In this document: positions 38,270-47,596 of the stretch, piece by piece
Numbering within the stretch: position 1 is the stretch's first letter
How the letters are laid out: every line of letters starts with the position of its first letter
DNA from: an uncultured Synergistaceae bacterium
GTDB lineage: Bacteria; Synergistota; Synergistia; Synergistales; Synergistaceae
Length of the DNA: 64,000 nucleotides
NCBI GenBank assembly: GCA_964422205.1
Contig: CAYRAI010000004.1
Span: forward strand, 8,417 to 72,416
Direction: 5' to 3'
Program-made: the position numbers and the translations under genes
The notes under the pieces: model-generated
Databases searched by the model: none
What the model was told of the DNA's origin: nothing
What the model saw: the letters and a program-made list of their open reading frames with translations, nothing else

Positions 38270-40966
38270 ATGGCTACAGCTTTTATAAATGGAAAAGAAG
38301 TTTTTTTTGAGCCGGGGATGACCATTCTTGAGGCGGCGCGCGGTGCGGGGATTTTTATTCCGGTGCTGTGCGAGCACCCCGCACTTGAAATTGTAGGAGC
38401 CTGCAGAATATGTCTTGTAGAGATCGAAAACAGCCCCAAGCTTCAGGCCGCATGTTCCACGCCGATTGCGGAGAATATGGTCATATACACTGATTCGGAG
38501 AAGGTGCTTGAGGCACGGCGCGGAGTTGTGGAGCTTATGCTCGTGCGCCACCCGCTAGACTGCTTCTCCTGCTCCGCTAACGGAGCCTGTCTGCTTCAGA
38601 ATATCGCATACGACCTGGGCATAGAGAGCTCTTCATATAAAGACGATAGCATTAAGCGTAAAACTTTGCCAATAGAGGATTCCAACCCTTTCTATATAAG
38701 GGATATGAATAAGTGCATATTATGCGGACGGTGCATAAGGGTATGCACGAGCCACGCTCAGTACAGAGCCATAGATTTTCAGAACAGGGGAATAGACACC
38801 ATAGTCGAGCCTCCGTCAGGCAGAGATTTGGAGCACTCCGACTGCAAATTCTGCGGACAGTGCGTCGCAGTCTGTCCTGTAGGAGCTCTTGCGGACAAGC
38901 CGTCACTCGGCAAGGGACGGCCGTGGGAGCTTGACACGGTTAAAACGGTATGTCCCTATTGCGGCGTGGGGTGCGAGCTTCTTGTCAAAGTAAACAGACG
39001 CACTGGGAAAATAGCCGCAGTCACGACAGACCACACAAATACAAAATCTCTGACCAAGGGGCGTTCCTGCGTGAAGGGACGCTTTTCATGGGAGTTTAGA
39101 GAGAGCGGGGACAGGCTTACATCACCTCTGATAAAAGAGAACGGAGTCTTTAGAAAGGCGTCGTGGGATGAGGCTTTAGACACCGTGGCAAACGGTCTTA
39201 AGCGCAATATGGGAAGCACGGGTTTCTTCTCCTCCGCACGCTGTACTAACGAGGACAACTACCTCATGCAAAGATTTGCAAGGGAGGTAATGGGCACAAA
39301 TAACATCGACCACTGCGCCCACCTCTGACACTCCGCTACAGTAGCGGGTCTCGGAGAGACCTTGGGAAGCGGAGCAATGACAAATGATTACGAATCCATA
39401 AAATCAGCGGATGTGATTTTGGTAATAGGCTCAAACACTACGGAAACACACCCGGTAATAGGCTCAATGATAAAGGAACAGACGAGAAAAGGCGCGCGTC
39501 TCATAGTGTGCGATCCCCGCAAAATAGAGCTGCACGGGCTTGCTGATATTCCTATACGCCAAAAGAGCGGTTCGGACACGGCTTTAATCAATTCTATGAT
39601 GAATGTGATAATAGAAGAAAAGCTTTATGACGAGAAGTTTGTAACGGAAAAAGTTGAAAAGTTTGACGAGCTTAAAGCATGCACGGCAAAGTACACGCCC
39701 GAGTATGCGGAGGGCATAACGGGAGTCGGTGCGGACTTAATAAGAGAAGCGGCGCGCACATACGCATCGGGGCCGAACTCCGCCCTTTACTACACAATGG
39801 GCATAACACAGCACACATCCGGGACGAACAATGTCAGAAGCCTCTGCAATTTGGCTCTGCTCTGCAATATGGCAGGACGCCCGGGAACGGGAGTCAACCC
39901 ATTAAGAGGACAGGGAAATGTCCAGGGTGCGTGCGATATGGGGTGTCTTCCCGCGACACTGCCAGGCTACCTGAAAGTAAGCGCTGCGGAAGCGGCACAA
40001 AAGGTTAAAGATGTATGGGGATGCGAACTTCCGAAGCTTGCTGAACCTGGACTTACCGTAGCGGCAATGGTAGCTGCCGCCGGAGATGGCAGGATCAAAG
40101 CTCTTTACGTGATGGGAGAGAACCCAATTATTACGGAAGCTGACACAAATCACGCAAAACACGCTTTCGGCAAGTTGGACTTCCTCGTGGTGCAGGATAT
40201 TTTCCTGACAGAGACTGCGGCAATGGCAGACGTGGTGCTTCCCGCGGCATGCTGGCCCGAAAAGGACGGAACCTGCACAAGCACGGTAAGAGCGGTACAG
40301 CGCCTGCGCAAAGCCGTAAACGCCCCAGGAGAGGCCCGCGCGGACTGGACTGTTTTTGCGGAGCTTGCGAAGAGATTCGGGCATGAGTGGAATTTTAAGA
40401 ATGTCGAGGATGTTTTTGAGGAGATAAGGCTCATCACCCCGTCATATGCCGGAATGACATACAAGAGGCTGGAAGAAGGATTCCTGCACTGGCCCTGTCC
40501 TACGGAGGAACACCCCGGCACGCCCGTGCTTCACACGGAAAGATTCGCACGTCCCGGAGGCAAAGCGTCATTCGCTCCCTGCGACTGGGAGCCGCCGCAC
40601 GAGTGGCCCGACGAAGAGTATCCCTTTATCGCAACGACAGGCAGAAACCTCTACCACTATCACTCTGGCACAATGACAAGACGAAGCGCCCCCGGCAAAT
40701 TTATAAAAGAACTTTACATAGAGATAAATCCAAAAGACGCGGAAGAGATAAATGCGGCAGACGGAGATATGATAACCGTGACGTCGCGCAGGGGAAGCGT
40801 GACGGGCAAAGCTAAGGTCACAGACGCAGTACGTGAGAAAATGGTATTTCTGCCCTTCCATTTCTCCGAGGCTCCGGCTAACCTTTTAACGGCATCAGTG
40901 CTTGACCCCACATCCGAAACTCCCGGGTACAAAGTAAACGCAGTGAGAGTCGAGAAGAGCCTTTAG
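38270..40966 (+). CDS. fdhA: Selenocysteine-containing formate dehydrogenase alpha subunit (NuoG-like Fe-S N-terminus + Mo/W-bis-PGD domain)
   Basis: Track ORFs 38225-39328 and 39362-40966 are in the same frame, separated by TGA 39326-39328 within NNIDHCAHL-U-HSATVAGL, the conserved Sec/Cys active-site context of FdhF/FdhA. GGAGGAG SD before ATG 38270. Confidence 0.9.
39326..39372 (+). promoter_or_regulatory. Sec UGA codon plus candidate SECIS region
   Basis: The region after UGA contains CUCCG...CGGAG, CCGCU-ACAGU-AGCGG and GGUCUC-GGA-GAGACC stems, and a GGUCU element at the same codon offset as in E. coli fdhF. The exact fold is not resolved. Confidence 0.55.
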
Positions 40967-41034
40967 ACAGTTTATGATTTATTGATGAAGCGGGTCTATA
41001 ATCGAAAGATATTATTAACGGAGGTGCCGCGCAA

Positions 41035-41868
41035 ATGAACTATAAACCGCCTGTTGAGATAGCGAAAAATGCTTGTTCCGCCGCGAATGCTAAGGGAAAT
41101 CTGCCGATAAAGACCATGGCTGTAATGGGATTTTTGGCAGGGGCATATATAGCGTTCGGAGGCTTTTTAATGACCACTGTCACTCAGGACAGTGCGGCCT
41201 TTGTCGGAGTCGGAATAACAAAGCTCCTTGCCGGTCTAGTCTTCCCCGTCGGTCTGATGCTTGTTGTCGTTGGAGGAGCGGAGCTCTTTACAGGCAACTG
41301 TCTTATGCCTATAGGTGTGCTGTCCGGCTGCGTGCCGCCTCAAAAGATGATAAAAAATCTTGTCATTGTATATCTGACAAACTTTGCCGGCGCTCTTACC
41401 TTTGCATGGATGGTCTACAGCACGGGACTGGTAAACGGTACAGTAGCTGCAGCGGCCCTAAAAATAGCAGCGGCAAAGGCGAGCATCCCCGCTTCTCAGA
41501 TGATATTCCGCGGCATACTCTGCAACTGGCTTGTCGTGCTGGCCGTCTGGCTCTCATACTCGGCAATGGATATAATAAGCAAATATATATGCTGTCTCAT
41601 CCCCACAGCGGCTTTTGTCACAATGGGCTTTGAGCACTGCATAGCGAACATGTACTTCATTCCTCTCGGCATTATGATAGAGCACGGAGATAAAGCCGCA
41701 GCTGCCGCGGCGGGCATCGCCGCGTCTCAGGCAGCCAACCTCACTCTGGGAGGATTATTCAACAACCTCTTTTTCGTAACAATCGGCAATGTCATAGGAG
41801 GAGCTTTTTTTGTAGGAACTCTTTACTACTTTGTATTTTCATCCTCACTGGGCGAAGCTCACAAATAG
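41035..41868 (+). CDS. focA: Formate/nitrite transporter family channel
   Basis: 277 aa; FNT pattern (GAELFTGN, FEHCIANM); GGAGGTG SD. Confidence 0.9.
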   Translation: MNYKPPVEIAKNACSAANAKGNLPIKTMAVMGFLAGAYIAFGGFLMTTVTQDSAAFVGVGITKLLAGLVFPVGLMLVVVGGAELFTGNCLMPIGVLSGCVPPQKMIKNLVIVYLTNFAGALTFAWMVYSTGLVNGTVAAAALKIAAAKASIPASQMIFRGILCNWLVVLAVWLSYSAMDIISKYICCLIPTAAFVTMGFEHCIANMYFIPLGIMIEHGDKAAAAAAGIAASQAANLTLGGLFNNLFFVTIGNVIGGAFFVGTLYYFVFSSSLGEAHK

Positions 41869-41925
41869 AAAACTGTGGAAGAAGAGAAGCAAATCTGCTG
41901 TAAGAAAACATGCGAAGGAGGCGGC

Positions 41926-42567
41926 GTGGGCGAAAAACCCATTGACGCCTCTTTGCTTATTCTCGCAGGAGGACAGGGAAACAGAATGGGCGGCGAAAAT
42001 AAGCTCTACATGAAGATAGGCGGCTCTGTGCTGGCGGAACAAATAATAACAAAGCTATCTCCTATCTTTAAAGAGATAATAGTCATAGTGGCTCGCGGAG
42101 AAAAAGAGCAGGCCCTATCACTCTTAAAATCACTCTCGGTCAAAGATATAAGGATAGAGGAAGATTCCGTTCCGGGGCTCGGCCCGCTTGAAGGGCTCAG
42201 GTCAGGTCTTGCCTCTATGGAGGGAGAGTGGGGATTTTTCATCGGATGTGATATGCCGAGCATCGACAAAGCCACTGTCCGCCTGATGCATTCGCAAATA
42301 ATAGACGAAAGCGACGCACTGTGCGCGGAAAAGGGCGGCTACATAGAACCGCTTCACGCATTTTACCGAAAAACATGCCTCAGACATGTGCAGTCCGCCA
42401 TTAAACTCGGACACAGAAAGACAAAGAGCTTCTACCCTTATATAAACCTGACAGTGATAAAAGAGAATGAGCTTGTGCTTTTGGGAGGAAGAACTTCATC
42501 CTTCTTAAATTTAAACACTCCGGATGACCTCGAAAAGTTTCAAAAAGAACAGTGCCGCAAAATATAA
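41926..42567 (+). CDS. mobA: Molybdenum cofactor guanylyltransferase
   Basis: LILAGGQGNRMGG NTP-transferase motif. The ORF opens at GTG 41875 with no SD; GTG 41926 follows GAAGGAGG. The start is uncertain. Confidence 0.75.
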   Translation: MGEKPIDASLLILAGGQGNRMGGENKLYMKIGGSVLAEQIITKLSPIFKEIIVIVARGEKEQALSLLKSLSVKDIRIEEDSVPGLGPLEGLRSGLASMEGEWGFFIGCDMPSIDKATVRLMHSQIIDESDALCAEKGGYIEPLHAFYRKTCLRHVQSAIKLGHRKTKSFYPYINLTVIKENELVLLGGRTSSFLNLNTPDDLEKFQKEQCRKI

Positions 42568-42966
42568 CTTCTGAAGAATCGCTTGCGCCTTTCCGCACAG
42601 ACAGAAATAAAGCCGCCGTCATTTAAACAGCATGTGCGCGGAAAATTTTCTTCGGCTCACATGCTCGACTCATTGCGTTGGGGGAGACATTCTTCATCGT
42701 GTCATGGCATAGAGATAAATCAACGCACCACAGACAAAGTCAATTCCAAATCTGTCCAAACCATCCTACAGCCGCTGCTTTAGGCGCGGCCGCAATAATA
42801 TTAATCTAAGCATCAAGGATTAGAGCATTTATATCATGCATGAATATTTTGTCAAGAGTATCAATATAATATTAATATATTTTTCATAATTTATTTTTTA
42901 TTGTATATAGTACACACAAATGTTTTCTAAGCCTGATTCTTAAAGTTCTTTCTTTACCCAAGCAGT

Positions 42967-43614
42967 CTACTCCAGTGTCAGAAACCCCTCTCTTATAGCA
43001 TATTTTGTGAGTTCCGCCATACTCGCGCAGCCCAGCTTGTCCAAAATCCTGCGTCTGTGGGTGTCCACAGTGTTCTTGCTTATAGAGAGAGTATCGGCTA
43101 TCTGTTTGCCGTTGCGCCCCTTCACCAAGAGCAGCAGCACCTCCATCTCCCGTTCGGAAAGAGGATTGCTGCTGTTCTGCTTTTCGTTGTTCAAAAGCCG
43201 CAGATAGTCCTCGGTCAGGACTGTGCAGGCCTTCGCCGAAAGGTATATATTCCCTTCAGCAACAGAACGTATGGCTTCCACAACGGTCTGAGGCGAGCTC
43301 TCTTTAAGCAGGTAGCCTCTTGCTCCGGCTTTCAGAGTCTCTGCTATAAACCTTCTGTCACTGTGCATGGAAAGGACTATGACTTTTATATCGGGGAACT
43401 TCGAAACAATTTTTCCCGTAGCGATAATGCCGTTCATACGCGGCATCGTAACATCCATTAAAACTATATCGGGGCGCAGTTCACCTGCAAGCTCAAGAGC
43501 CTCAAGTCCGTCGGACGCAGACGCAATAAGCTCTATTCCGTCCTCGTTTTTGAGCAGGCTCTTCATCCCCTCTCTGAAAAGGACATGGTCATCGGCAATG
43601 AGAATCCTAACCAT
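42967..43614 (-). CDS. NarL/LuxR-family response regulator
   Basis: REC domain (ILIADDH...DIVLMDVTMP) plus a C-terminal LuxR HTH (LSEREMEVLLLLVKGRNGKQIADTLSISKNTV). Confidence 0.9.
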   Translation of the reverse strand: MVRILIADDHVLFREGMKSLLKNEDGIELIASASDGLEALELAGELRPDIVLMDVTMPRMNGIIATGKIVSKFPDIKVIVLSMHSDRRFIAETLKAGARGYLLKESSPQTVVEAIRSVAEGNIYLSAKACTVLTEDYLRLLNNEKQNSSNPLSEREMEVLLLLVKGRNGKQIADTLSISKNTVDTHRRRILDKLGCASMAELTKYAIREGFLTLE

Positions 43615-44728
43615 TCAAAGAACCCTCCGTATCACCTGTATTTAAGTGCAGAGGAGCCAGCATGGAGACAGTGGTGCCCCCAGTGTTTGAAATTATCCTA
43701 AGCTCTCCGCCTATATGTATAAGCCGTTCCCTTATGCTGAAGAGGCCAAGCCCCGGAGACTTAGAACGCTCTATGCAGAATTTTTTCGGAAGCCCCTTTC
43801 CGTTATCCTCAATAACGACCTGAATCTTCTTAGGCCCTCTGTTGACGCTTATCGAAACTTTTGTGGCACCGGAATGCTTTATTACATTTATCATCAGCTC
43901 GCGCGACATGCGATAGAGAATGACGCATATCACATCATCGGCGTTGAAATCTTCAAGCCGTCCCCTCGTCGAAATTTCCCAAATTATCCCTCTTGGGGTG
44001 AAAAGATGGTCTGCCAAAGTTTCAAGAGCCGGAGTTATGCCGATCTCCAGCAAAATAGGAGGGCTTAGCTCAAATATAAGGTGTCTGCTCTCAGCTATCA
44101 TATTCTCAGTAACGTTTATAGAATTTGATATAACTGAGCTGACATCTTCCGGCAGGTCGTGCTCCTCCTTCAGTTTGCGCAGATCCAGCAGCAGAGTAAG
44201 CAGTGAGTGCCCTATTGAATCATGCAGATCCGTGGCTATCTCGCGTCTGGTATTCTCTTCGCTTATTGTCAGCGTAGTGGCAAGCTCCCTGAGCATCTCC
44301 TGATAGCGAATCAGCTTTTTCTGATGCTCTTTGAGCTTTTCATCGGACTTCTTCCACTCGGTTCTGTCAAGAAACATTGTGGCTGCCATTCCATCGGCAA
44401 TAGGGAAAGCGATAACTTCCAGATACTTGCCTGTATAGGCGCTCTCATTCTCGCAGTGGACAGACTTCTGCTCCTTTATGCAGCGCACTATAATTTCTCC
44501 CCAGCATGGCTCAACAGTAGGCCATACATCGTAAAAAGAACGTCCTATTATATCTTCCTTGCGAACCTTATTGACTCTCTCATAAGCGGGGTTCACATTG
44601 ACAAAAAATATCCTCTCGGAAGTAAGGGACGAAACTTTTCCTTCTGTCCTATATATAGCTATAGGGTTAAAAGAACTCTCGAAAAAAAATTCATGTGAAT
44701 AAATTTCAGACATAATCCGCGTCCCCAT
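43607..44728 (-). CDS. Cytoplasmic PAS-domain sensor histidine kinase (HisKA_3 type)
   Basis: H-box DLHDSIGHSL, HATPase N and G boxes, no TM segment; overlaps the regulator gene by 8 nt. Confidence 0.85.
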   Translation of the reverse strand: MGTRIMSEIYSHEFFFESSFNPIAIYRTEGKVSSLTSERIFFVNVNPAYERVNKVRKEDIIGRSFYDVWPTVEPCWGEIIVRCIKEQKSVHCENESAYTGKYLEVIAFPIADGMAATMFLDRTEWKKSDEKLKEHQKKLIRYQEMLRELATTLTISEENTRREIATDLHDSIGHSLLTLLLDLRKLKEEHDLPEDVSSVISNSINVTENMIAESRHLIFELSPPILLEIGITPALETLADHLFTPRGIIWEISTRGRLEDFNADDVICVILYRMSRELMINVIKHSGATKVSISVNRGPKKIQVVIEDNGKGLPKKFCIERSKSPGLGLFSIRERLIHIGGELRIISNTGGTTVSMLAPLHLNTGDTEGSLNG

Positions 44729-44852
44729 TTCTAAAAACAGATACAGATATTCTCCGCCACAAAAGGAAGTATGGCAAGCGAAAAAAATTTGGACTATATG
44801 TTATGTTTTAAGAGCAATGGTGGAGACAGATAAGAGAGACTGAATAGAAACT

Positions 44853-45521
44853 CTACCACTTTCTGTTAGAGAGAAAGACATGTGTAGATGTTATGTGCTC
44901 TCTGACTACAGCCGCGGCTCTTTCCGGATCTCTGTCTGATATTGCATCGAAAAGCATCATGTGCTGCATAGGGCTTTTATAACCGCCCTTCTCACGCAGC
45001 TTTAGTTTTTCGACGCGGTTTGCGTAATGGTCGTCATAGAAAAATAGATAGAGCTGCGTTTTCCAGTGAGCCTGTTTTATTGATCTCATGTAATAAGAAT
45101 TGCCGGCTATTTCTGATATTAAGTCATGTATTTTGCTGTCTATCACGTGGAGCTTTCCGGGGTTATCTTTTATGCTGCGGCCTTCCTCTTCGATAAGCGC
45201 ATCCATTCTCTCTCTGTATATCGGCGAGTAGTTAAGAGCGGCATCTACAACACAGGGAGGTTCTATCACAAATCTAAAATTAAAAAGTTCGTCAAGATCC
45301 TCTTTGGAGAGGTTCGGAACAAAACATCCCTTGTTTACAGTGTTTTCAAGGAGACCGTCTGAAACAAGCATTTTTAAAGCACTGTGCACCGGAGTTCTGC
45401 TCATTTTAAGTTTTTTGGCTATCTGCGATTCGACAACCGGAGAGCCAGGCTGATAGCTGTGCTGAACTATCAAGTCCATTACGGCATTATATGCTATTTC
45501 TTCGTTTGACCTCATCTGCAT
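44853..45521 (-). CDS. GntR-family (FadR/FCD subfamily) transcriptional regulator
   Basis: N-terminal winged helix ESQIAKKLKMSRTPVHSALKML and a C-terminal all-helical FCD-like domain. Confidence 0.85.
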   Translation of the reverse strand: MQMRSNEEIAYNAVMDLIVQHSYQPGSPVVESQIAKKLKMSRTPVHSALKMLVSDGLLENTVNKGCFVPNLSKEDLDELFNFRFVIEPPCVVDAALNYSPIYRERMDALIEEEGRSIKDNPGKLHVIDSKIHDLISEIAGNSYYMRSIKQAHWKTQLYLFFYDDHYANRVEKLKLREKGGYKSPMQHMMLFDAISDRDPERAAAVVREHITSTHVFLSNRKW

Positions 45522-45671
45522 AAAGGAATCCCCACCTTTATTATGATAATTAATATTTTAAACTTTTTCCCAAAAATATAGAACTTTCCAGCCTGCCAAC
45601 CCAATTATAAAATAAAATGCCTCATAATTTTAGCCCTGCCAAATTGATAATTTAATTTTCAAATATCTTAC

Positions 45672-45716
45672 TTGACAATTTCAGAAGTGACCGCTATTCT
45701 AAGATTGCATGCAATC
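45672..45716 (+). promoter_or_regulatory. Promoter plus palindromic operator candidate upstream of the D-aminoacylase gene
   Basis: TTGACA (45672-45677), 17 nt, TATTCT (45695-45700), then the perfect palindrome GATTGCATGCAATC (45703-45716). Confidence 0.45.
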
Positions 45717-45837
45717 AAAAACACATATTTTATATAATGTTTATATATCCAATTATATAGTATGTCAACTTAAATTAATAGGCATATTTTTCATTTTTGA
45801 TTAATAATATTAAAAAGCTATAAAAGGACGTGTTTTT

Positions 45838-47574
45838 ATGTTTTTTGATATCCTCATCAGAAACGGCAAAGTCATTGACGGAACAAAGAAAGATGCCTAT
45901 CTTGCAGATATCGGCATAACAGGAGATAGGATAGTTTTTGTCGGCAAGTGCGACAGTGAAACTTCCGCCAAAACGGTTATCGACGCAAAAGATAAATGTG
46001 TCACTCCTGGATTTATTGACACCCATTCCCATGCAGACTGCTCCGCGTTTATATACCCCGACTGCGAAAGTTACTTAAGGCAGGGCATAACCACTTTTAT
46101 CGGGGGACAGTGCGGAGACTCAAACGCTCCTATCAATAATTTCTGGATGAGAAAATATTGGGAGTACGACTTCTGGAATGATATCGATCCTTTTGTCTAT
46201 GACCCTGTCACAATCCAGCCTGTGGAAAGGGTAATAAGTGTCTGCAGGGACAAGATGGGATTGGACATCAATTGGAAGTCCTTTTCCGAGTATGCCGCCG
46301 TACTGCAAAAAAGCGGAATAGGCTGCAATATGATAACATTAGCCGGTCACAGTCAGATAAGAGCTGATGTTATGGGGCTCAGCCAAAAGAGAGCTCCCTC
46401 ATCAGAAGAAATGCAGCTTATGAAGAATCACATAGCAGAGGCTTTCGATGCTGGTGTGTGGGGAATCTCAACGGGAAGAGACTACCCGCCGAGTGCCTAC
46501 GCCGAATTTGATGAGATTAAAGAGCTTGCGGAATTCACAAAGGCTCTGGGCGGATACTATTTTACTCATTGGCGGCGGACAGGGGTGCGTGTCGGTACTC
46601 CTCAAAAGGCAAATAAGCTTGAAGGAATAACAGAAGCTCTTGAAATCGCGCTGCAGACGGGAATAAAAACTCAGATATCCCATATCGCAACGGGTTTTGA
46701 TATCTATCCCGAAAGCCCAGAGATGGATTCATATGCAGCCTACGTAACTCTTAAACATCTCGACCGCTATGCGGAAAGAGGAGCTGACGTCGCGTTTGAC
46801 GTGATACCGGGCGAGAGCGGAGGCATATGCACTACACCTTATCTTGCCTCGCGTTTTATCCCTTGGATTAAACAATCAGGGTCTTTAAATCAGTTTGTAA
46901 ATAATCTTAATGCCCATGACTACCGCAAAAGGCTTGTTTCGGCTCTTCGCCTCGGAAAGTGGTACGCAATCAATCCTAATGTCGATGCTTCATGGGACAA
47001 AAAGATATTTATCACAGACGGAGCACCATGCTATATTGGGAAAAATATAAGAGAAATAGCAGATTCGAGAAACATCGATTCAATCAACACTGTAATAGAC
47101 CTCATTATAGAAAATCCCAAAATAGGGACTATGAGCCGCGCAAAATCTATGGAAGAGGTAAACGGTCTTCTGGCACATCCCAGAGGATTCGTCTGCACGG
47201 ACACATATTCTTTCGACCTCCGCGGACTTTACGGCAATGACTGCGAGCTTGCGGAGCTTCTGCCCCACCCCCACACATACTGCGCATTCCCCAAATATAT
47301 TCTCTCAAGAAAAGAAGAAAGGCTTGAGGATGTAATCCACAAGCTTACAGGAGCTCCCGCCGCTTTCATGGCTATTAAAGACAGAGGCGTAATCAAAGAG
47401 GGTGCTTTTGCCGATATCCTTGTAATCGACACAGAGAATCTCAAGAGCAATGAAAACTATATCGAGCCCAGAATTTACCCCGAGGGCATCGATTATGTGA
47501 TTGTAAACGGAGAGACAGCAGTGAAGCCCGAATGCGCATCTGTTATAAGGGCAGGAGCCATTCTCAAAAAGTAG
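45838..47574 (+). CDS. N-acyl-D-amino-acid deacylase (D-aminoacylase) family amidohydrolase
   Basis: 578 aa; FDILIRNGKVIDG...GFIDTHSHAD metal-binding HxH start and a C-terminal beta-sandwich closure. Confidence 0.8.
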   Translation: MFFDILIRNGKVIDGTKKDAYLADIGITGDRIVFVGKCDSETSAKTVIDAKDKCVTPGFIDTHSHADCSAFIYPDCESYLRQGITTFIGGQCGDSNAPINNFWMRKYWEYDFWNDIDPFVYDPVTIQPVERVISVCRDKMGLDINWKSFSEYAAVLQKSGIGCNMITLAGHSQIRADVMGLSQKRAPSSEEMQLMKNHIAEAFDAGVWGISTGRDYPPSAYAEFDEIKELAEFTKALGGYYFTHWRRTGVRVGTPQKANKLEGITEALEIALQTGIKTQISHIATGFDIYPESPEMDSYAAYVTLKHLDRYAERGADVAFDVIPGESGGICTTPYLASRFIPWIKQSGSLNQFVNNLNAHDYRKRLVSALRLGKWYAINPNVDASWDKKIFITDGAPCYIGKNIREIADSRNIDSINTVIDLIIENPKIGTMSRAKSMEEVNGLLAHPRGFVCTDTYSFDLRGLYGNDCELAELLPHPHTYCAFPKYILSRKEERLEDVIHKLTGAPAAFMAIKDRGVIKEGAFADILVIDTENLKSNENYIEPRIYPEGIDYVIVNGETAVKPECASVIRAGAILKK

Positions 47575-47596
47575 CAACTACAAAAGGAGGAGCATC

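Noticed and set aside
38225-40966. The two adjacent track ORFs could be read as a split or frameshifted fdhA pseudogene
   Set aside because: Both parts are in the same frame. The single interrupting codon is TGA, at exactly the conserved Sec/Cys position (CAHL-U-HSATVAGL). Selenocysteine recoding is the better explanation.
42568-42966. 66-codon ORF (42583-42783) and possible RNA in the 400-bp convergent gap between mobA and the response regulator
   Set aside because: No SD and no motif. There is only one 8-bp stem with a 21-nt loop (AGCATGTG/CACATGCT), and nothing that supports a gene or a defined element.
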